Source: Escherichia coli (GTDB lineage: Bacteria > Pseudomonadota > Gammaproteobacteria > Enterobacterales > Enterobacteriaceae). Taken from it: a DNA stretch of 64,000 nt. Position 1 is the stretch's first letter. Every line of letters starts with the position of its first letter. Shown here piece after piece: positions 1 to 12,843 of the stretch. Both the position numbers and the translations under genes were made by a program. The stretch is taken from NCBI RefSeq assembly GCF_003019035.1, contig NZ_CP027447.1; one strand, 5' to 3'. A model generated the notes under the pieces. The model saw nothing but the letters and a program-made list of their open reading frames with translations. It did not search any database and was not told the origin of the DNA.

Positions 1-46
1 ACAATGACCAGCGCGACAAAAATGAGAATAGGGATAAAGATAAGCA
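1..46 (-). CDS. qmcA: QmcA (SPFH/stomatin-family membrane protein), first 15 codons only; gene continues beyond the window start
   Basis: Reverse strand reads GGAGG-N7-ATG then MLIFIPILIFVALVI, matching the recalled QmcA N-terminus; truncated by window edge. Confidence 0.55.
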
Positions 47-192
47 TCGGAAAAACCTCCTGTTGTACCGTCCATAATCAGCAAAATTGCTGCTTGATTA
101 AACAAATTATACCTGATTACTGAAAGAGAGTTCCCCCTTATTCCTGCGAAGGATAAACTGTTTTTAGTAAAAATCAGAAAAAGGGAACAGTG

Positions 193-870
193 ATGCAGGA
201 AAATAGTCCTTTGCTTCAGCTACAAAACGTAGGATATCTGGCGAGTGATGCGAAGATTCTTAATAACATCAATTTTTCGCTGCGTGCTGGCGAATTTAAG
301 TTAATTACCGGTCCTTCTGGTTGTGGCAAAAGTACGCTGCTAAAAATAGTTGCTTCATTGATCAGCCCAACCAGCGGAACGTTACTGTTTGAAGGTGAGG
401 ATGTCAGCACACTAAAGCCAGAAATCTACCGCCAGCAAGTGTCTTACTGCGCCCAGACGCCGACGCTGTTTGGCGATACGGTATACGATAATCTGATCTT
501 TCCCTGGCAGATCCGTAACCAGCAGCCTGAACCAGCCATTTTTCTCGATTTTCTCGAACGCTTCGCTTTGCCGGACACCATTTTGACGAAAAATATCGCC
601 GAGCTATCTGGTGGTGAAAAACAACGCATCTCATTGATTCGTAATCTTCAATTTATGCCGAAGGTTTTATTGCTGGATGAAATCACCAGTGCGCTGGATG
701 AAAGTAATAAACATAACGTTAATGAGATGATCCATCGTTATGTGCACGAGCAAAATATTGCCGTGCTGTGGGTGACACACGATAAAGACGAAATTAATCA
801 TGCGGATAAGGTGATTACACTGCAACCGCATGCCGGAGAAATGCAGGAAGCACGCTATGAACTCGCATAA
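193..870 (+). CDS. fetA: Iron-export ABC transporter ATP-binding subunit FetA (YbbL)
   Basis: ORF track 190..870; Walker A GPSGCGKST and ABC signature LSGGEKQR; start moved to second Met to give the recalled 225 aa. Confidence 0.9.
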   Translation: MQENSPLLQLQNVGYLASDAKILNNINFSLRAGEFKLITGPSGCGKSTLLKIVASLISPTSGTLLFEGEDVSTLKPEIYRQQVSYCAQTPTLFGDTVYDNLIFPWQIRNQQPEPAIFLDFLERFALPDTILTKNIAELSGGEKQRISLIRNLQFMPKVLLLDEITSALDESNKHNVNEMIHRYVHEQNIAVLWVTHDKDEINHADKVITLQPHAGEMQEARYELA

Positions 871-1636
871 TATTACTAACGAATCATTGGCACTGGCATT
901 AATGCTGGTGGTGGTGGCAATCTTAATTAGCCATAAAGAAAAACTGGCGCTGGAGAAAGATATTCTCTGGAGCGTCGGGCGCGCGATAATTCAGCTGATT
1001 ATTGTCGGCTATGTGCTGAAGTATATTTTCAGCGTGGATGATGCCAGCCTGACATTATTGATGGTGTTATTTATCTGCTTTAATGCGGCGTGGAATGCGC
1101 AAAAACGCAGTAAATATATTGCTAAAGCTTTTATCTCATCGTTTATTGCCATTACGGTCGGGGCGGGAATTACCCTGGCGGTGCTGATTCTCTCAGGGTC
1201 GATTGAATTTATCCCGATGCAGGTGATCCCTATCGCCGGGATGATAGCCGGTAACGCCATGGTAGCGGTGGGGTTGTGTTACAACAATTTAGGGCAACGC
1301 GTGATTAGCGAACAGCAACAGATTCAGGAGAAACTGAGTCTTGGCGCGACGCCGAAACAGGCTTCAGCGATATTGATTCGCGACAGTATTCGCGCGGCTT
1401 TAATTCCGACGGTCGATTCAGCAAAAACGGTTGGCTTAGTGAGTTTACCAGGAATGATGTCCGGGCTGATATTTGCCGGGATTGATCCGGTGAAGGCGAT
1501 TAAATATCAGATTATGGTGACCTTTATGCTGCTCTCAACCGCCAGCCTGTCGACCATTATTGCCTGCTATTTAACCTATCGTAAATTTTATAATTCGCGC
1601 CACCAGTTGGTGGTGACGCAATTGAAGAAGAAATGA
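857..1636 (+). CDS. fetB: Iron-export ABC transporter permease FetB (YbbM)
   Basis: ORF track 830..1636; polytopic hydrophobic protein; start set to in-frame ATG at 857 (MNSHNITNES) giving 259 aa. Confidence 0.85.
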   Translation: MNSHNITNESLALALMLVVVAILISHKEKLALEKDILWSVGRAIIQLIIVGYVLKYIFSVDDASLTLLMVLFICFNAAWNAQKRSKYIAKAFISSFIAITVGAGITLAVLILSGSIEFIPMQVIPIAGMIAGNAMVAVGLCYNNLGQRVISEQQQIQEKLSLGATPKQASAILIRDSIRAALIPTVDSAKTVGLVSLPGMMSGLIFAGIDPVKAIKYQIMVTFMLLSTASLSTIIACYLTYRKFYNSRHQLVVTQLKKK

Positions 1637-1698
1637 TGCAATGCCGGATGCGCAGCATCGCATCCGGCGTTGTGGTTCATGTGCCGATCAACGGAAAC

Positions 1699-2595
<897 letters not shown>

Positions 2596-2613
2596 TTAAG
2601 CGCGCGCTTCAAC

Positions 2614-3423
2614 TCACCCCTGCAATATTTTGTCCATCACGCGCCCCGGCAGCAGGCGCTTAAGCACCATTACCGCCCAGGTCACCAGCGTTACCGGATA
2701 GCGCATCTTCGGCTTCTCGCTAATAAAAGCATGGCGCACTTTGCCGACCACCGCTTCCGGTCCCAACGTAAAGCGGGCGGCGATGCCGGGATTTTCGACT
2801 GGTTTATCACTTTGCGTCTGGTTGACGTTGTCGGTGAAGCGAGTACGAATGGGACCAGGTTCGATCAGGCTAACTTTAATTCCGCTGTGACGTAGCTCCA
2901 TGCGCAGTGCGTCTGACCACGCCTCCAGCGCATATTTACTGGCCGCGTAAGCGCCACGACCCGGCGTGGAGATTAATCCCATCACCGATGAGGTCATCAC
3001 AATACGTCCTTCACCGTGCGGTAACATCGCGGGTAACAGGCGCATGGTGAGCTGGTGTGCGCCGAAAAAGTTGGCGGAAAACTGCTGTTCCATCTGCACA
3101 CGGCTGATGGTGGAAAGGGGGCCATACATGCCGAATCCGGCATTGTTAAAGATCCCATACAGACAATTATCGGTCAGGGCGATCACTTCGTCGGCTGCGC
3201 GATCAACACTTTCTGGTGAATCCAGATCGATCAACACGCCGGTAAATCCCATGCTGTTCATGCGCTCAACATCATCCGCTTTCCGGCAACCTGCCAGCAC
3301 ATGAAAACCCTGGCGTTTTAATTCGAGCGCGCTTTCCAGGCCAATTCCACTGGAACATCCGGTAATTAAGACCGATTTTTGCATAACTTTACCTGTCAGG
3401 ATCTCCGTTGCTTTATGAGTCAT
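2614..3423 (-). CDS. ybbO: Short-chain dehydrogenase/reductase YbbO
   Basis: 269-aa ORF with SDR glycine motif TGCSSGIG and YxxxK active-site pattern. Confidence 0.85.
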   Translation of the reverse strand: MTHKATEILTGKVMQKSVLITGCSSGIGLESALELKRQGFHVLAGCRKADDVERMNSMGFTGVLIDLDSPESVDRAADEVIALTDNCLYGIFNNAGFGMYGPLSTISRVQMEQQFSANFFGAHQLTMRLLPAMLPHGEGRIVMTSSVMGLISTPGRGAYAASKYALEAWSDALRMELRHSGIKVSLIEPGPIRTRFTDNVNQTQSDKPVENPGIAARFTLGPEAVVGKVRHAFISEKPKMRYPVTLVTWAVMVLKRLLPGRVMDKILQG

Positions 3424-4039
3424 GATTTACTAAAGGCTGCAACTGCTTCGCCATCCAGTCGGCAATAAACGGCTGGGCGTCGCGGTTGGGATGAATACCG
3501 TCATCCTGCATCCATTGTGGTTTGAGGTAGACCTCTTCCATAAAAAAGGGCAGCAGCGGAACATCAAACTCTTTGGCGAGTTTGGGGTAAATGGCGCTAA
3601 AGGCTTCATTATAACGGCGACCATAGTTTGCAGGCAGACGTATTTGCATTAACAATGGTTCAGCGTTGGCGGCTTTGACATCCTGCAAAATCTGGCGCAG
3701 CGTTTGCTCGGTTTGTTGTGGCTGAAAACCACGCAAACCGTCATTGCCGCCCAGTTCAACCAGCACCCAACGCGGCTGATGCTGTTTCAGCAGAGCCGGA
3801 AGGCGCGCCAGCCCTTGTTGCGAGGTGTCGCCGCTGATGCTGGCATTGACTACCGACGTTTTACTCTGCCACTTATCATTCAACAAGGCAGGCCAGGCCG
3901 CGCTGGCAGACATTCGATACCCGGCGCTCAGGCTATCACCCAGAATCAATAACGTGTCCGCTGCGGCGGCACGGAAGGTTAACAGGACCAGGAACAGGAA
4001 GGGCAAATGCCAGCGGAAAACATTGTTGAAGTTCATCAT
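3413..4039 (-). CDS. tesA: Periplasmic thioesterase I / lysophospholipase L1 TesA (SGNH hydrolase)
   Basis: ORF track 3413..4069; GDSLSAG catalytic motif; start trimmed to MMNFNN giving 208 aa. Confidence 0.85.
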   Translation of the reverse strand: MMNFNNVFRWHLPFLFLVLLTFRAAAADTLLILGDSLSAGYRMSASAAWPALLNDKWQSKTSVVNASISGDTSQQGLARLPALLKQHQPRWVLVELGGNDGLRGFQPQQTEQTLRQILQDVKAANAEPLLMQIRLPANYGRRYNEAFSAIYPKLAKEFDVPLLPFFMEEVYLKPQWMQDDGIHPNRDAQPFIADWMAKQLQPLVNHDS

Positions 4040-4693
4040 CTTAAGAAGTCCGTCGGTCAGGGGGAGCATGAACTCTCCATCCTCACCGGAGTTGAGCTGG
4101 TTGTCAAACGTGGCGAGACCATCGCACTGGTGGGCGAGTCGGGATCGGGTAAGTCAACCTTGCTGGCGATCCTCGCCGGGCTGGATGACGGCAGCAGTGG
4201 CGAAGTGAGTCTGGTGGGACAACCGCTACATAATATGGACGAAGAAGCGCGGGCAAAGTTGCGCGCGAAGCACGTAGGCTTTGTTTTTCAGTCATTTATG
4301 TTAATTCCTACCCTTAACGCGCTGGAAAACGTCGAGCTTCCGGCGCTGCTGCGTGGTGAGAGTAGCGCAGAAAGTCGTAACGGGGCAAAAGCGTTGCTCG
4401 AACAGTTAGGACTGGGTAAACGTCTGGATCATCTTCCGGCACAGCTTTCCGGCGGCGAACAGCAACGAGTGGCGCTGGCGCGAGCTTTTAATGGTCGGCC
4501 TGATGTGCTGTTTGCCGACGAACCCACCGGCAATCTTGACCGCCAGACGGGCGATAAAATTGCCGACCTGCTGTTTTCCCTCAACCGTGAACATGGCACC
4601 ACGTTGATTATGGTGACCCACGACCTGCAACTGGCGGCACGCTGCGACCGCTGCTTACGGCTGGTGAACGGGCAGTTGCAGGAGGAAGCATGA
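4007..4693 (+). CDS. ybbA: ABC transporter ATP-binding protein YbbA
   Basis: 228-aa ORF with Walker A GESGSGKST and LSGGEQQR signature; stop overlaps ybbP start. Confidence 0.9.
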   Translation: MPAENIVEVHHLKKSVGQGEHELSILTGVELVVKRGETIALVGESGSGKSTLLAILAGLDDGSSGEVSLVGQPLHNMDEEARAKLRAKHVGFVFQSFMLIPTLNALENVELPALLRGESSAESRNGAKALLEQLGLGKRLDHLPAQLSGGEQQRVALARAFNGRPDVLFADEPTGNLDRQTGDKIADLLFSLNREHGTTLIMVTHDLQLAARCDRCLRLVNGQLQEEA

Positions 4694-7104
4694 TTGCACG
4701 TTGGTTCTGGCGCGAATGGCGCTCGCCGTCGCTATTAATTGTCTGGCTGGCGCTAAGCCTGGCGGTGGCCTGCGTGCTGGCGCTGGGCAATATCAGCGAT
4801 CGCATGGAGAAGGGCTTAAGCCAGCAAAGCCGGGAGTTTATGGCGGGCGATCGGGCGTTGCGCAGTTCGCGCGAAGTGCCGCAAGCGTGGCTGGAGGAAG
4901 CGCAAAAGCGCGGCCTGAAAGTCGGCAAGCAGCTGACTTTCGCCACCATGACATTTGCAGGCGACACACCGCAGCTGGCGAACGTCAAAGCGGTGGATGA
5001 TATCTACCCGATGTATGGCGATCTGCAAACCAATCCCCCAGGCCTGAAACCGCAGGCGGGCAGCGTATTGCTGGCCCCACGCCTGATGGCACTGCTTAAC
5101 CTGAAAACGGGCGACACCATTGACGTGGGCGATGCCACCTTGCGGATTGCCGGAGAAGTGATTCAGGAACCGGATTCCGGTTTTAACCCCTTCCAGATGG
5201 CTCCGCGTCTGATGATGAATCTGGCGGATGTCGATAAAACCGGAGCCGTGCAGCCGGGGAGTCGGGTCACCTGGCGTTATAAATTCGGCGGCAACGAGAA
5301 CCAGCTCGACGGCTATGAGAAATGGTTGTTACCCCAGCTTAAACCCGAACAACGCTGGTACGGTCTGGAACAGGACGAAGGCGCGCTGGGGCGATCGATG
5401 GAACGCTCGCAGCAGTTCCTGCTGCTTTCGGCGCTTCTGACCTTGCTGCTGGCAGTGGCAGCGGTGGCGGTGGCGATGAATCATTACTGTCGCAGTCGCT
5501 ACGATCTGGTGGCGATCCTCAAAACGCTGGGGGCAGGGCGAGCGCAACTGCGTAAGCTAATCGTCGGTCAGTGGTTGATGGTGCTGACGCTTTCAGCCGT
5601 TACCGGTGGGGCGATAGGCCTGTTGTTCGAAAACGTGTTGATGGTGCTGCTCAAGCCCGTTCTGCCTGCTGCACTACCGCCAGCCAGCCTCTGGCCGTGG
5701 CTATGGGCGCTGGGCACCATGACGGTTATCTCGCTGCTGGTGGGGCTACGACCATACCGCTTGTTGCTGGCAACGCAGCCTTTACGCGTATTACGTAATG
5801 ATGTGGTAGCGAACGTCTGGCCGCTGAAGTTTTATCTGCCGATTGTCAGTGTAGTGGTTGTGCTGCTGCTCGCCGGATTAATGGGTGGCAGCATGCTGCT
5901 TTGGGCGGTGCTGACGGGCGCGGTAGTACTGGCTTTGCTGTGCGGTGTGCTGGGCTGGATGCTGCTGAATGTACTTCGCCGCATGACGCTGAAATCGCTA
6001 CCTCTGCGCCTGGCGGTTAGCCGCCTGTTACGTCAGCCGTGCTCAACGTTAAGCCAGCTTTCGGCATTTTCGCTCTCCTTTATGCTGCTGGCACTGCTGC
6101 TGGTGTTGCGTGGCGATCTGCTCGACCGCTGGCAGCAGCAGCTACCGCCAGAAAGCCCGAACTACTTTTTAATTAACATCGCCACAGAACAGGTAGCACC
6201 GCTAAAAGCGTTCCTCGCGGAACATCAGATAGTCCCGGAATCGTTTTATCCGGTGGTGCGGGCGAGACTGACGGCGATTAACGGCAAGCCGACAGAAGGC
6301 AATGAAGATGAGGCGCTCAATCGCGAACTCAATCTTACCTGGCAAAATACGCGGCCCGATCATAATCCGATTGTCGCCGGTAACTGGCCGCCAAAAGCCG
6401 ATGAAGTGTCGATGGAAGAGGGGCTGGCGAAACGCTTAAACGTTGCCCTCGGTGATACCGTGACTTTTATGGGCGATACCCAGGAGTTCCGCGCTAAAGT
6501 GACCAGCCTGCGCAAAGTGGACTGGGAAAGTCTGCGGCCTAATTTCTATTTTATTTTCCCTGAAGGGGCATTAGACGGGCAACCGCAGAGCTGGCTTACC
6601 AGTTTCCGCTGGGAGAATGGCAACGGCATGTTGACGCAACTCAACCGCCAGTTCCCTACCATTAGCCTGTTAGACATTGGCGCGATTTTAAAACAGGTCG
6701 GTCAGGTGCTGGAGCAGGTAAGTCGGGCGCTGGAGGTGATGGTGGTGCTGGTCACCGCCTGCGGTATGTTGCTGTTGCTGGCACAGGTGCAGGTGGGAAT
6801 GCGTCAGCGTCATCAGGAGCTGGTGGTGTGGCGCACACTCGGTGCGGGGAAAAAGCTGCTGCGCACGACATTGTGGTGTGAGTTCGCCATGCTCGGGTTT
6901 GTTTCTGGCCTGGTGGCCGCAATTGGTGCGGAAACGGCGCTGGCAGTGTTGCAGGCGAAAGTGTTTGATTTTCCGTGGGAGCCAGACTGGCGATTGTGGA
7001 TTGTGCTGCCGTGCAGCGGTGCACTGCTGCTGTCGCTTTTCGGCGGCTGGCTGGGTGCGCGACTGGTTAAGGGTAAGGCGCTGTTCAGGCAGTTTGCGGG
7101 ATGA
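4690..7104 (+). CDS. ybbP: FtsX-like ABC transporter permease YbbP
   Basis: 804-aa polytopic membrane ORF, translationally coupled to ybbA. Confidence 0.9.
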   Translation: MIARWFWREWRSPSLLIVWLALSLAVACVLALGNISDRMEKGLSQQSREFMAGDRALRSSREVPQAWLEEAQKRGLKVGKQLTFATMTFAGDTPQLANVKAVDDIYPMYGDLQTNPPGLKPQAGSVLLAPRLMALLNLKTGDTIDVGDATLRIAGEVIQEPDSGFNPFQMAPRLMMNLADVDKTGAVQPGSRVTWRYKFGGNENQLDGYEKWLLPQLKPEQRWYGLEQDEGALGRSMERSQQFLLLSALLTLLLAVAAVAVAMNHYCRSRYDLVAILKTLGAGRAQLRKLIVGQWLMVLTLSAVTGGAIGLLFENVLMVLLKPVLPAALPPASLWPWLWALGTMTVISLLVGLRPYRLLLATQPLRVLRNDVVANVWPLKFYLPIVSVVVVLLLAGLMGGSMLLWAVLTGAVVLALLCGVLGWMLLNVLRRMTLKSLPLRLAVSRLLRQPCSTLSQLSAFSLSFMLLALLLVLRGDLLDRWQQQLPPESPNYFLINIATEQVAPLKAFLAEHQIVPESFYPVVRARLTAINGKPTEGNEDEALNRELNLTWQNTRPDHNPIVAGNWPPKADEVSMEEGLAKRLNVALGDTVTFMGDTQEFRAKVTSLRKVDWESLRPNFYFIFPEGALDGQPQSWLTSFRWENGNGMLTQLNRQFPTISLLDIGAILKQVGQVLEQVSRALEVMVVLVTACGMLLLLAQVQVGMRQRHQELVVWRTLGAGKKLLRTTLWCEFAMLGFVSGLVAAIGAETALAVLQAKVFDFPWEPDWRLWIVLPCSGALLLSLFGGWLGARLVKGKALFRQFAG

Positions 7105-7120
7105 TGACAGGCGTTAGATT

Positions 7121-8369
<1,249 letters not shown>

Positions 8370-8465
8370 CATGCCTGCAATCTGGGAAACCGGGGTAGAA
8401 AAAAACTTGCAGGCCATAACAGTATCTACGAGGATCGTGCAATATATTTATTTTGCAAGATTGTG

Positions 8466-8499
8466 TAGGCCGGATAAGGCGTTTACGCCGCATCTGGCA
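8466..8499. repeat. REP / palindromic unit
   Basis: taggccggataaggcgtttacgccgcatctggca matches the REP consensus family. Confidence 0.5.
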
Positions 8500-8532
8500 T
8501 GAACAGTGTGCATTTTGGCAATAAATATGAAA

Positions 8533-8585
8533 CCAACTGTCATGTCGGTTTTTTTAAAGGCCGAAGGTGGTAAACCTTCGGCCTT
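8533..8585. terminator. Tandem hairpins: an imperfect terminator hairpin with T-tract (8533-8555) followed by a perfect 11-bp stem (8557-8585); likely 3' end of the small-peptide transcript
   Basis: ccaactgtcatgtcgg+ttttttt, then aaggccgaagg/ccttcggcctt; first hairpin is a near-copy of the terminator at 9011-9033. Confidence 0.45.
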
Positions 8586-8601
8586 AGCTACGTTTCCTCA
8601 G

Positions 8602-8685
8602 TTATTCAATAAACTGACGGATCAGTTCCAGCAGCGCGATTAGCGCCTTAAGAACGATGAGAACTTTATCGAGAAAAGTTTTCAT
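8602..8685 (-). CDS. Candidate type I toxin: 27-aa hydrophobic/amphipathic peptide MKTFLDKVLIVLKALIALLELIRQFIE (TisB/ZorO-like)
   Basis: Below the ORF-track size cut-off; read by hand on the reverse strand; SD AAGGGAG 6 nt upstream of ATG; single predicted helix with spaced K/E/R residues. Confidence 0.55.
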   Translation of the reverse strand: MKTFLDKVLIVLKALIALLELIRQFIE

Positions 8686-8910
8686 CCGTTGCTCCCTTAA
8701 GGGAGAAAGACAATCACAGCTTACCCTTACGTTGCCTGTAACTATGATTTTCTTCATGTGCTAGATGAGGACTGCCTCTCTCCAAATTAGAGCACCAGAA
8801 TCAGCACCACCTGTATCCTGACCAGGACTTAAAAGTACTTTTCCGCACTGCGGTAATCCCTTGAGGCAGTATCACTACTAGCGTCGGGATTGTATCGCCA
8901 ACATAGCTGT

Positions 8911-8939
8911 TTGAATATGTAGGCATCCTGACTTATAAT
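8911..8939 (+). promoter_or_regulatory. Near-consensus sigma70 promoter (TTGAAT-17 bp-TATAAT) for the candidate antitoxin sRNA
   Basis: -35 at 8911-8916, -10 at 8934-8939, predicted start near 8946. Confidence 0.5.
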
Positions 8940-8945
8940 TCACTT

Positions 8946-9033
8946 GCTAGATGAGGACTGTTTCATTTCTGCCCGGAACCACCAAGTCTTGGGCGGAAAA
9001 AATAAAAAAACCGACTGTCATGTCGGTTTTTTT
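8946..9033 (+). ncRNA. Candidate type I antitoxin sRNA (about 88 nt), divergent from the peptide gene
   Basis: Runs from promoter to intrinsic terminator without a credible ORF; its 5' 14-16 nt (ctagatgaggactg) repeat 8759-8774, so are complementary to the peptide mRNA 74-89 nt upstream of its ATG. Confidence 0.5.
9011..9033. terminator. Bidirectional intrinsic terminator (sRNA on + strand, mnmH on - strand)
   Basis: ccgac-tgtcat-gtcgg hairpin flanked by an A-run upstream and T-run downstream. Confidence 0.6.
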
Positions 9034-9096
9034 ATATCTGTATTCTGGTGCAACCATTTTGTTCTCACGACAATCGCCGTTTCAGAATACCGCCTA

Positions 9097-10206
<1,110 letters not shown>

Positions 10207-10259
10207 TCAAATCAGCTTGCGCGCTATTTTACGCGCCAACGCGCAAGGAAACTTGATTT

Positions 10260-11186
10260 TTAACTGCGTGGGTTGCCGAAAATTTCTAAAAATCCGCTGA
10301 TTTCCGGCCTGCGTTGGGTAAACAAGGTCACAATATCTTCTACCGCTTTGCCGCTGCCAAATTTGCGCCATGCCAGACTCAATGGCGAAGGAGGGCGCAT
10401 CGTTGGGATTACCCGGCTGACCAGTTGTTGATTATCGATCATTAACTGGCAAAGTGATTTTGGCAAAAAACCAATGCCAACGCCCGCCAGATGGGCGGCG
10501 ATTTTCGTTTCCATATCAGGAACAATAATCTCTTTTTGCCCTGGCAATCGCCAGGCGACGCGTTTGGTTAAGGTGCGGGCGCTGTCTTCAATATTGACCG
10601 CCGGAAAGCGCCGCAACTGCGCTTCTGTTAGCGGCTCTTCAACGTTCGCCAGCGGATGATCCGCCGCCATGACAAAGCGCCATTGCACCGATCCTAAGGG
10701 ATCAAGACTAAAGGTATTTGCCAGCGCCTCGGTTCCCGTGACGCCGATAGCCAGTGAAAAACCTTCGTATAATAGCGAATCCCAGACGCCCATATAGATT
10801 TGTCGGGAGATGTGAAACTGGGTAAAGGGGTAACGTTCATTCAGCCACGCCAGCAACTGGGCGACGGCCTGGGGGTTATAGAGCAGGTTGTTGATGACAA
10901 TATTCACCTGGCGTTCCACGCCATCATTCACCTGTTGCAGCTCGCTGGGCATACTTTCCAGCCAGCTCAGCCAGTCTCTGGCCTGGGAAAGTAGATGCTC
11001 GCCAGCCGCTGTCAACGTTACGCTACGAGTCGTACGGAAAAACAGCGCTACTCCGGTATTCTCTTCCAGAAGTTTAATGCGATAACTGATCGTCGCCGTG
11101 GTTTTACATAATCGTTCTGCCGCTTTTGAAAAACTTCCTGTTTCAGCAACCGCAATGAAAGTCCGCAAGGTTTCTGGATCGAACAT
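10260..11186 (-). CDS. allS: LysR-family activator of allantoin catabolism AllS
   Basis: 308-aa ORF with N-terminal LysR HTH; divergent from allA. Confidence 0.85.
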   Translation of the reverse strand: MFDPETLRTFIAVAETGSFSKAAERLCKTTATISYRIKLLEENTGVALFFRTTRSVTLTAAGEHLLSQARDWLSWLESMPSELQQVNDGVERQVNIVINNLLYNPQAVAQLLAWLNERYPFTQFHISRQIYMGVWDSLLYEGFSLAIGVTGTEALANTFSLDPLGSVQWRFVMAADHPLANVEEPLTEAQLRRFPAVNIEDSARTLTKRVAWRLPGQKEIIVPDMETKIAAHLAGVGIGFLPKSLCQLMIDNQQLVSRVIPTMRPPSPLSLAWRKFGSGKAVEDIVTLFTQRRPEISGFLEIFGNPRS

Positions 11187-11293
11187 CTTCAGGTATCCCC
11201 TTTTAAATCCGCAAGTTGCGTGATTTTCTTATCCTCTGATTTATCAGTATTTTTACATGATAACCCTGTTCAATTTGTGGACTAAATCTAGTT

Positions 11294-11310
11294 TTGGAAA
11301 AATATTCCAA
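11294..11310. promoter_or_regulatory. Palindromic operator TTGGAA-N5-TTCCAA, probable AllR (IclR-type) site in the allS-allA divergent region
   Basis: Perfect 6-5-6 inverted repeat; same motif recurs upstream of gcl. Confidence 0.5.
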
Positions 11311-11415
11311 CTTTTGTATTGATGTTGTTCTCTTAAGGTTTTAGATTGCCTGTTATTGAAACCAAGCTGACCGGTCGGCGGTGGTTGAACGGAATTATGT
11401 TACAAGGACAAAGAG

Positions 11416-11898
11416 ATGAAACTTCAGGTATTACCGTTAAGTCAGGAAGCCTTTAGTGCTTATGGCGACGTAATCGAAACGCAGCAACGGGATTTTTTCC
11501 ATATTAACAATGGCCTGGTGGAGCGTTACCACGATTTGGCGCTGGTTGAGATTCTTGAGCAAGACCGTACGCTTATCAGCATTAACCGCGCGCAACCGGC
11601 GAATTTGCCGCTGACCATTCACGAACTCGAACGTCATCCGCTGGGTACTCAGGCCTTTATCCCGATGAAAGGGGAAGTGTTTGTGGTGGTCGTGGCGTTA
11701 GGTGACGACAAACCAGACCTGTCAACTCTGCGGGCGTTTATTACCAACGGCGAACAGGGGGTGAATTACCATCGTAACGTCTGGCATCATCCACTTTTCG
11801 CCTGGCAGCGCGTCACCGATTTCTTGACCATCGATCGCGGCGGCAGTGACAACTGTGATGTTGAAAGTATTCCTGAACAGGAACTCTGTTTTGCGTGA
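11416..11898 (+). CDS. allA: Ureidoglycolate lyase AllA
   Basis: 160-aa ORF; position and size match AllA. Confidence 0.9.
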
Positions 11899-11975
11899 CG
11901 CCTGCAACCGACTTGCATAAGATAAATTAATTGTTCATTGTTTATGCTCACTTGTAGGTCGGAGTTAACGTAGGT

Positions 11976-12791
11976 ATGACGGAAGTTAGACGGCGCGGCA
12001 GGCCAGGACAGGCGGAGCCTGTGGCACAGAAGGGCGCACAGGCGTTAGAGCGGGGAATTGCGATTCTGCAATATCTGGAAAAAAGTGGGGGAAGTTCGTC
12101 GGTTAGCGATATTTCTCTCAATCTGGATTTGCCGCTCTCCACGACCTTTCGCTTGCTGAAGGTTTTACAGGCAGCGGATTTTGTCTATCAGGACAGTCAG
12201 TTAGGCTGGTGGCATATAGGATTAGGTGTCTTTAACGTCGGTGCGGCGTACATCCATAACCGCGATGTCCTCTCCGTCGCCGGGCCGTTTATGCGCCGCC
12301 TGATGTTACTTTCCGGCGAAACGGTCAATGTCGCGATCCGTAACGGCAATGAAGCGGTATTAATTGGTCAGTTAGAGTGTAAATCGATGGTCAGGATGTG
12401 TGCGCCGCTGGGCAGTCGTCTGCCGCTGCATGCTTCCGGTGCGGGCAAAGCGCTGCTTTATCCACTGGCGGAAGAGGAGTTGATGAGCATCATTCTGCAA
12501 ACCGGTTTGCAGCAGTTTACGCCAACTACGCTTGTGGATATGCCCACCTTGCTGAAGGACCTGGAACAAGCGCGTGAACTGGGCTATACCGTAGATAAAG
12601 AAGAGCATGTTGTAGGCCTGAATTGCATAGCTTCAGCAATTTACGATGATGTAGGTAGTGTTGTTGCCGCTATCTCCATCTCCGGGCCTTCATCAAGACT
12701 GACAGAAGATCGTTTTGTCAGTCAGGGTGAGCTGGTCAGAGACACCGCCCGCGATATCAGCACGGCGTTGGGACTGAAAGCACATCCATAG
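11976..12791 (+). CDS. allR: IclR-family repressor of the allantoin regulon AllR
   Basis: 271-aa ORF with IclR HTH and effector domain. Confidence 0.9.
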
Positions 12792-12843
12792 TGTCTGTCG
12801 CATCCCGCTCTGCGGAGCGGGTTTTTTTGACAAAATTTGAAAG

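Noticed and set aside
8686-8757. In-frame upstream ATG (8757) that would extend the small peptide to 51 aa
   Set aside because: No Shine-Dalgarno, whereas the downstream ATG at 8685 has a strong one; the extension would lie over the proposed sRNA pairing site, which fits a 5' UTR better. Kept as an alternative that ribosome profiling could test.
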